64,000 bases of DNA. It comes from an uncultured delta proteobacterium. GTDB lineage: Bacteria; Desulfobacterota; BSN033; UBA1163. Position 1 is the stretch's first letter. Each line of letters opens with the position of its first letter. The DNA lies in assembly GCA_963827685.1 (NCBI GenBank), contig CAWHBU010000003.1, positions 1,024,001 through 1,088,000 of the forward strand, written 5' to 3'. The position numbers and the translations under genes were made by a program. The notes beneath the pieces are model-generated. The model was not told where the DNA came from. It did no database searches and worked only from the letters and a program-made list of their open reading frames with translations. Shown here piece after piece: positions 58,453 through 64,000 of this stretch.

Positions 58453-58662
58453 TTAGTTCCATCTTAACGATGGTCGTTTTCCGGCAAGAGCACAATCCCT
58501 CAGATATAGATTAATGAGGTTTTGGTAAGGTATCCCCAGTTCTTTCGCTAAGCCTTTGAAGTAATCAATCGTCGAAGGTTCGAGGCGGATGGTAATCTGT
58601 TGCTTCAACTTGCCTGCGTACGGGTTCGGTTGTGCTTTTGAGAAATCATACTGTTTTCGCAT
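58453..58662 (-). CDS. brnA: BrnA antitoxin
   Basis: YDFS...NPY...KQQITIRL...IDYFK...IPYQNLINLYL. Confidence 0.88.
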   Translation of the reverse strand: MRKQYDFSKAQPNPYAGKLKQQITIRLEPSTIDYFKGLAKELGIPYQNLINLYLRDCALAGKRPSLRWN

Positions 58663-58665
58663 TGG

Positions 58666-58950
58666 TCACCCCTTATAAAAGCTTTGTTCGAACTTGTTTG
58701 CTCTTCTTGCAGAGATGATGCGAATTACTTCGTCGTCTTCACGATAGCAATGACACACCACCAAGATCCTTAAGCGGATACTTCTGCCAAGAATAATGAA
58801 ATGGTCTTCTTCCCCTGAATGATCCGGATCGGTTATCAGCTGAGCATATTCGTCATAAAATACCGTCTGAGCTTCTTCAAAAGAGACGCCATGTTTCCGT
58901 TTATTCGCAATGTTTTTCTTTGAATCCCAGACGAACCGAATATTGCTCAT
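58666..58950 (-). CDS. brnT: BrnT toxin
   Basis: WDSKKN.ANKRKHGVSFEEA...IRIISARRA. Confidence 0.92.
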   Translation of the reverse strand: MSNIRFVWDSKKNIANKRKHGVSFEEAQTVFYDEYAQLITDPDHSGEEDHFIILGRSIRLRILVVCHCYREDDEVIRIISARRANKFEQSFYKG

Positions 58951-58986
58951 ATAATTATAATATAATTATTTCGCCTGAAGGTCAAG
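58951..58986 (-). promoter_or_regulatory. brnTA promoter with palindromic operator
   Basis: Minus strand TTGACC -35; near-palindrome ATAATTATAATATAATTAT abuts the ATG. Confidence 0.55.
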
Positions 58987-59010
58987 CCATAGATGTTTTC
59001 CTATCTCATT

Positions 59011-61575
59011 TTATTCTCCCCTCTCGCTTTTCTGAACATATTGCCCTACGACCAAACGGATTTCATCATAGCTTACGTCCTGGGGAAGCAGGGCCTTGAT
59101 CGGAGCCAATCGTTCGCTTCCAACCTGGTCAATCGCTTTTTCAACCAGGGCAATTCGCTCCTTTGAAAGAATACGGTTAAGGCCGATTGACCGGCCTTCG
59201 TCAATAAGCTGAAGAAGATGCTCGGTAATCGTCGATGGAGTAAGACCCCGCTTCCGGGCAATTTCATCCACTTTCATCCCCTTCTCCCACAGCATCCATG
59301 TGATTTCGACTGTGCTTCCCCCCGAAGTTTTTTTCAGGGCAGGCCGTACTGCCGTAGATCCGTCGTGCTCACTCAAGGGCCTCGCCTCAGGGTGGCTTTT
59401 TAGATAAGCCCTAACCACTTCAAGCGTCTGATTTCCATAAGCCGACACCTTATATTCCCCGCAGCCTTTGACGGCAAGCAATTCGGAGGTTGTTCGAGGC
59501 AGTCGCTGGCTGATGGCCCTCAGGGTTCGATCATGGAAGATGACGAAAGCGGGGAGGTTGGATGCTTGAGCAATTTCGAAACGCATCTCCTTCAGTGAAG
59601 CAAACAGGTCTTCATGAGATGGCAGGCCGAATTCTTCCAAAACTTTTTCCGGAAGCTTCTCCTTAACGATCCTTCCTTTTTTGGTTAACCCCGTTAGAAA
59701 GGACGGGGCTTTAACCCCACCCTTTCTGGAAGGGATTGCCGCCAGCCCAGAGGGCCTTCTGGCCCGGAGGGAGGATTTATTTATGTCATTCCTGCCAAAA
59801 ATGGCGGGACTTTCTAACGGGGTAAATGTCCCGCGCGTGCGAGTTTCAACCTCGACAAGACAGTTAGAGCAGTTATCACAACTGTTCTCTCTCATCCGCT
59901 CGCCGAAGTATTCGAGAATAAACCGTCTTAAGCATTGGTCGGTGTAGGCATAATCGACCATCTTTCGGAGTTTCTTCCGCTCAAAAAGGCTTCGGCGCTC
60001 AATCTCTCGAAAATTGATATTCAGTTTGGAGACAGGAACCCGTGACAGTATTTTCAAACCCCGGCCCCGAAACGGCGGTCGATATTCTATTGACCCTGCT
60101 TGATGAAGCGCAGAGAAATGTCGTCTTAATTGCTCTGGTGCAAGATTCAGATGCTCGGCCATCACATCCAGGTTCACCAGAAGGGTTTTGTCTTTCGATC
60201 CCTCCAGGACATCCAGATAATAATTGACAATCTCTCTTTGAGAATTGCTCTTTCCTTCAACCCGGCGCTGAAGCTCTTCCGGCTCGATACAAAGGGTCAC
60301 CCTGGTCTGATGCTCCCCTTCCGACCCGCGCTCAATATAGCCGGCCTTCTCCAGAATCTTTAGGCACGAAGAAACGGCCATCTCATTCGATTTTGAGCGA
60401 CCGAGGCGCTGGGCCATGACCTTCTGAGTCATCTCAATTTCATCTGTCCCGACATCACATAAGACCTCGTACGTCCTCTCGACCATGTCTTGGGGTGGGT
60501 AACTTCCGTCGATAAAAAATTCCTGGGTGAAAGTGTCGGCGTAGTTAAAAAGGAGCAGACAGGTTGCAGGCTTCCCGTCACGCCCGGCGCGCCCGACTTC
60601 CTGGTAGTAAGCCTCGAGGGAGCCGGGGATGTCATAGTGGACGACAAAACGGAGATCCGCCTTATCGATGCCCATGCCAAAGGCATTTGTCGCCACCACG
60701 ACCGGCAAGGTCCCGTCCATGAAACGGTCTTGGACAACCTTGCGGGACTCCATCTCCATGCCGGCATGATAACTCCCTGCTTTGTAGCCATAGGACTGTA
60801 ATGCCAAGGCCACCGTTTCCACATTCTTACGGGTAGCTGCATAGATAATTCCCCTTTGTTCCTTCTTTTTGAGCAGACCCAAAATGGTTCCGATTTTATC
60901 TCCCTCCCCTTCCGCCTTTTTAACCTGAAAACGGAGATTGGGGCGATCAAAACCGGCGATAAAAGTGATCGGCTGCCGGAGGCCCAACTGCGTGATGATA
61001 TCACGGCGGACATCGGGGGTGGCCGTTGCTGTCAGAGCGGCGATAGGGGGATGGCTTAGTTTTTCAGCAACCCCTTTGAGACGAAGGTAATCAGGACGAA
61101 AATCATGCCCCCATTCGGAAACGCAGTGCGCCTCATCCACAGCAAAAAGTGAAACACGACAGGATTGAATTCCCTCCATAAATCCAGGATTCCGGAACCG
61201 TTCAGGAGCAATGTAAACCAGCTTATATCTGCCCTGCTGAATCTCTCTGAGTCTCTGTCCTTGCTCGGAAGGGGTCAATGTACTATTGATGAACGTAGCA
61301 GGGATCTGATTTTCCACCAATCCATCTACCTGATCTTTCATCAATGCAATCAGGGGCGAGATGACCAGTGTCACCCCGTCCAGGAGCAGCGCCGGCAGCT
61401 GGTAACAGAGCGATTTGCCGCTTCCTGTGGGCATGACCACGACCACATCGCGCCTTCTCAGGAGGGTATCGATGATCTCCGCCTGCCACTTTCGAAAATC
61501 AGAGAAATGGAACTTCTCGTTCAGGACCCGGAAACGTTCATCTTTCATCGGAGCATTTAATGGATGAGAGGCCAT
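59011..61575 (-). CDS. recQ: RecQ-family DNA helicase with HRDC and HTH domains
   Basis: PTGSGKSLCYQ, DEAHCVSEWGHDFRP, QEVGRAGRDG, Zn-binding Cys, HRDC. Confidence 0.92.
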   Translation of the reverse strand: MASHPLNAPMKDERFRVLNEKFHFSDFRKWQAEIIDTLLRRRDVVVVMPTGSGKSLCYQLPALLLDGVTLVISPLIALMKDQVDGLVENQIPATFINSTLTPSEQGQRLREIQQGRYKLVYIAPERFRNPGFMEGIQSCRVSLFAVDEAHCVSEWGHDFRPDYLRLKGVAEKLSHPPIAALTATATPDVRRDIITQLGLRQPITFIAGFDRPNLRFQVKKAEGEGDKIGTILGLLKKKEQRGIIYAATRKNVETVALALQSYGYKAGSYHAGMEMESRKVVQDRFMDGTLPVVVATNAFGMGIDKADLRFVVHYDIPGSLEAYYQEVGRAGRDGKPATCLLLFNYADTFTQEFFIDGSYPPQDMVERTYEVLCDVGTDEIEMTQKVMAQRLGRSKSNEMAVSSCLKILEKAGYIERGSEGEHQTRVTLCIEPEELQRRVEGKSNSQREIVNYYLDVLEGSKDKTLLVNLDVMAEHLNLAPEQLRRHFSALHQAGSIEYRPPFRGRGLKILSRVPVSKLNINFREIERRSLFERKKLRKMVDYAYTDQCLRRFILEYFGERMRENSCDNCSNCLVEVETRTRGTFTPLESPAIFGRNDINKSSLRARRPSGLAAIPSRKGGVKAPSFLTGLTKKGRIVKEKLPEKVLEEFGLPSHEDLFASLKEMRFEIAQASNLPAFVIFHDRTLRAISQRLPRTTSELLAVKGCGEYKVSAYGNQTLEVVRAYLKSHPEARPLSEHDGSTAVRPALKKTSGGSTVEITWMLWEKGMKVDEIARKRGLTPSTITEHLLQLIDEGRSIGLNRILSKERIALVEKAIDQVGSERLAPIKALLPQDVSYDEIRLVVGQYVQKSERGE
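59689..59822. mobile_element. MITE inserted in frame within recQ
   Basis: TIR CCCCGTTAGAAAG / CTTTCTAACGGGG, same family as 16940-17062. Confidence 0.8.
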
Positions 61576-61730
61576 TCGTAAGTCTTTGGGCTTTATGGGA
61601 TTCTACTAAATTCAAGATAGGTAGGTCAATGAAGAGTTTATTTCTGAATCGGCAAAGGATTTTTCTTCGGGTGAAAGGCGTCTTTGTCGGATCCTTGCAA
61701 CGTCAGACTTGATGATGTGGTGCGGGTTTT

Positions 61731-62159
61731 TTACTTTTCAATAAATTTCAAGATGGAATCACAGTATTTTACGTGCTGCCCAACGGCCTCGCCCACTGAC
61801 TTGTAGATGATATCTTGCCTCGTATTATTGTACTCATGAACCAAACGATTTCTTAACCCAGCACTGGGGGCAATTTGCTTGGCAAACTCCTCACCATAAA
61901 TTCCCAGTTGAGAGAGAACATAAAAAGTATCTTCATAGCCCCTCACCCGCTCATCACCTCTTCCGAGTTCAGCAATCATGTGTTGATTAATATCAATCGC
62001 TCGCATAATAATTTTTTCTATCAACCGCTCCACAGCCAAAAATTTAATATGGTCTCTGGAAATTTCGTCAAACGAATAGTGGACAAGGCGGTCTAATTCA
62101 GACAGGTCTTCCTGAATCAGCTTAATTTTTCTTCGAACAAAATGAATATCAATGGGCAT
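61731..62159 (-). CDS. HEPN/DUF86 (HepT-like) RNase toxin
   Basis: RNRLVHEY (RX4HXY) motif. Confidence 0.88.
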   Translation of the reverse strand: MPIDIHFVRRKIKLIQEDLSELDRLVHYSFDEISRDHIKFLAVERLIEKIIMRAIDINQHMIAELGRGDERVRGYEDTFYVLSQLGIYGEEFAKQIAPSAGLRNRLVHEYNNTRQDIIYKSVGEAVGQHVKYCDSILKFIEK

Positions 62160-62577
62160 ATTTTTGGTTGAGATAATTTTGAAACTTTTGAATTAATATT
62201 TTTTCCAAATGGAATAAATCTCTGCTGTCAAAATAATTAGAAAAAGCATAGGCCTTAAACTCATTGAAATCAGTAAGATCCCCATAAATCAATTGGCTGT
62301 TCTTGACAACCTGGTAGCAAAAAAGGGGGTCAACTTTATGAAGTGATTTGACGTCTAATTCACGTTGAGGATTATCCCCAAAGATTTCTGCCAAATCACT
62401 GTAGATGGCCAACAATTCTTCAAATTCAATCGGTTTTTCCCCGAGAAGAGCTATGTCTAAATCACTGCCCGTTTTCATTTTGCCGGTAGCATAAGAGCCG
62501 TGAATCAAAATGAACTTTAAACGGTATTTCCTGCCAACTTCTTCAACTTTATGTTGCTGTTCTTGAGTTAAGTGCAT
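62149..62577 (-). CDS. Minimal nucleotidyltransferase antitoxin (MntA-like)
   Basis: HGSYATG...SDLDIA; overlaps the HEPN gene. Confidence 0.88.
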   Translation of the reverse strand: MHLTQEQQHKVEEVGRKYRLKFILIHGSYATGKMKTGSDLDIALLGEKPIEFEELLAIYSDLAEIFGDNPQRELDVKSLHKVDPLFCYQVVKNSQLIYGDLTDFNEFKAYAFSNYFDSRDLFHLEKILIQKFQNYLNQKYAH

Positions 62578-62728
62578 GGCCTGACCACGGACTGAGGTAA
62601 AACTATTTTTTATGAAACTATACCATTTCTCAAAAAAGAGCAACAGAAAAATAGGAGGGGTGAAAAATACGTCAAATCGAAGGTGAGAAATTAAATTATA
62701 CTCTCATAAATAAGTTTCCATAGCGAGG

Positions 62729-62827
62729 CGTCATTGCGAACGAAGTGAAGCAATCCCATGAGATTGCCACGCTTGCGCGCCGTAGCGCTTCAGCGCGCAG
62801 GCACGTCGCTATGCTCCTCGCAATGAC
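62729..62827. repeat. GTCATTGCG repeat with nested insert
   Basis: Terminal inverted repeats; same insert as at 58280. Confidence 0.75.
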
Positions 62828-62843
62828 TACCTTTGAAGAACTT

Positions 62844-63236
62844 CTATTTGATGGGCCACTCTCCTCTTTCCTTCAGGACGTCCCGGTAAACATGAAGGGC
62901 TTCATTCACAGCAGGCATTCCCGCGTAGGTGGCCAGTTGGAAAAAGATCTCAGCAAGCTTTCTTGGGTCACAGCCGACATTCAATGCGGCATTCACATGG
63001 AGTTTTAATTCATCCGTGGCGCCCAGTGCCGCCAGCATGGCACACGCAGCCATCTGCCTTTCGGGCAGAGTCAACACTGTTCTGGAATAGAGGTTGCCCG
63101 TGATAAAAAGGGAAAAATCGTTGGCAAGGTCTCTGTCAAATTCCTTCCACATCAGATAAGGGGGATCCATCTTGATCCCTTTACCAAACAGCCGATTGGC
63201 TGTCTCTTTAGTCTTTTTTCTTAATTCGTCATCCAC
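62844..63236 (-). CDS. Carboxymuconolactone decarboxylase family protein
   Basis: LYSR..L...ERQ, ELKLHVNAALNVG, YAGMPA. Confidence 0.85.
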   Translation of the reverse strand: MDDELRKKTKETANRLFGKGIKMDPPYLMWKEFDRDLANDFSLFITGNLYSRTVLTLPERQMAACAMLAALGATDELKLHVNAALNVGCDPRKLAEIFFQLATYAGMPAVNEALHVYRDVLKERGEWPIK

Positions 63237-63274
63237 AATAAGAATCCTCCTTCAATCATTTTATCCTTCAAGAC

Positions 63275-64000
63275 TTAAACATTCTTGAAGGCGTTGTCAG
63301 AGGCTTCGATGGTCTTATCCAGATCCTTTTGGCTATGGGCCAGGGAAATGAACCAAGCTTCGAATTGGGAGGGAGGGAGATAAATACCCTGATCCATCAT
63401 CTCGATAAAGAACCGCGCAAATCGCCTCGTATCGCTCAACTTGGCAGTGCGATAATCCTTGACCGGACCCTCTGTAAAAAAGAGGGTAAACATCCCTGCG
63501 GCTCGATTGATGGAAAAAGGAATTCCATTTTCCTCTGCCATTTCAGAAATGTTTTCTGTCAAGTACGATGTCTTCTTGTCTAACTCCTGATAAACCTTTT
63601 TTGACCTTAAAAGCCTCAATGTCTCAATCCCTGCGGTCATGGCCAGAGGATTTCCGGAGAGCGTCCCGGCTTGATAGACCCCTCCAAGAGGAGACACCGT
63701 CTCCATCATCGCTTTCTTCCCACCATAGGCTCCAACCGGAAGACCCCCTCCGATAATCTTCCCGAGGCAAGTCATATCGGCTCTGATTTCGTACAGCTCT
63801 TGGGCACCTCCATAGGCCGCTCTGAATCCGGTAATCACTTCATCAAAAATGAGAAGAATTCCTTTCTCGTCGCAAATCTTTCTCAGCCCCTCTAAGAATC
63901 CTCTTGCAGGCAGGACCACTCCCATATTTCCTGCAATGGGTTCCACAATGATGCAGGCAATCTGCTCTGGATATTGACTGACCAGGGCTCTTACACTTTC
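63275..64000 (-). CDS. hemL: Glutamate-1-semialdehyde 2,1-aminomutase (5' end beyond window)
   Basis: EPIAGNMG, FDEVITGFR, GKIIGGGLPVGAYGG, YQAGTLSGNP, PSQFEA. Confidence 0.95.
   Translation of the reverse strand, partial: ESVRALVSQYPEQIACIIVEPIAGNMGVVLPARGFLEGLRKICDEKGILLIFDEVITGFRAAYGGAQELYEIRADMTCLGKIIGGGLPVGAYGGKKAMMETVSPLGGVYQAGTLSGNPLAMTAGIETLRLLRSKKVYQELDKKTSYLTENISEMAEENGIPFSINRAAGMFTLFFTEGPVKDYRTAKLSDTRRFARFFIEMMDQGIYLPPSQFEAWFISLAHSQKDLDKTIEASDNAFKNV

Noticed and set aside
58453-62577. brnTA-recQ-HEPN/MNT as one defence system
   Set aside because: Each has separate promoter or spacer regions and these are common stand-alone modules; no evidence of coupling

Overview
A 64 kb bacterial chromosomal segment. 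Gene content, selenocysteine usage and repeat families suggest an anaerobic Desulfobacterota/deltaproteobacterial lineage (inference). In order: a MATE pump; a mycothiol-like cluster (DinB, PTP-type phosphatase, Fem-like GNAT, MshA-, MshD- and MshB-like genes, MBL hydrolase; no MshC); a MacAB-type ABC exporter; a redox region with TlpA, two UGA-recoded selenoprotein candidates missed by the ORF track (OsmC-like; UxxC peroxiredoxin-like), catalase, PerR-like Fur with two operator boxes, ArsS radical SAM and a MerA-like reductase; pal/cpoB; IS30; a complete pentose phosphate operon with an atypical Zwf and a GH15 deletion scar; ADP-forming acyl-CoA ligase; pbpC with a 5'-truncated alpha-2-macroglobulin; a 3.16 kb element carrying two DDE transposases inside one pair of terminal inverted repeats; a decayed integron-like cassette array whose attC sites are hit by IS1182-type ends; two toxin-antitoxin pairs; recQ with an in-frame MITE; and partial hemL. 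Intergenic DNA is rich in nested palindromic micro-elements. All calls come from reading motifs by eye; no database searches were run.
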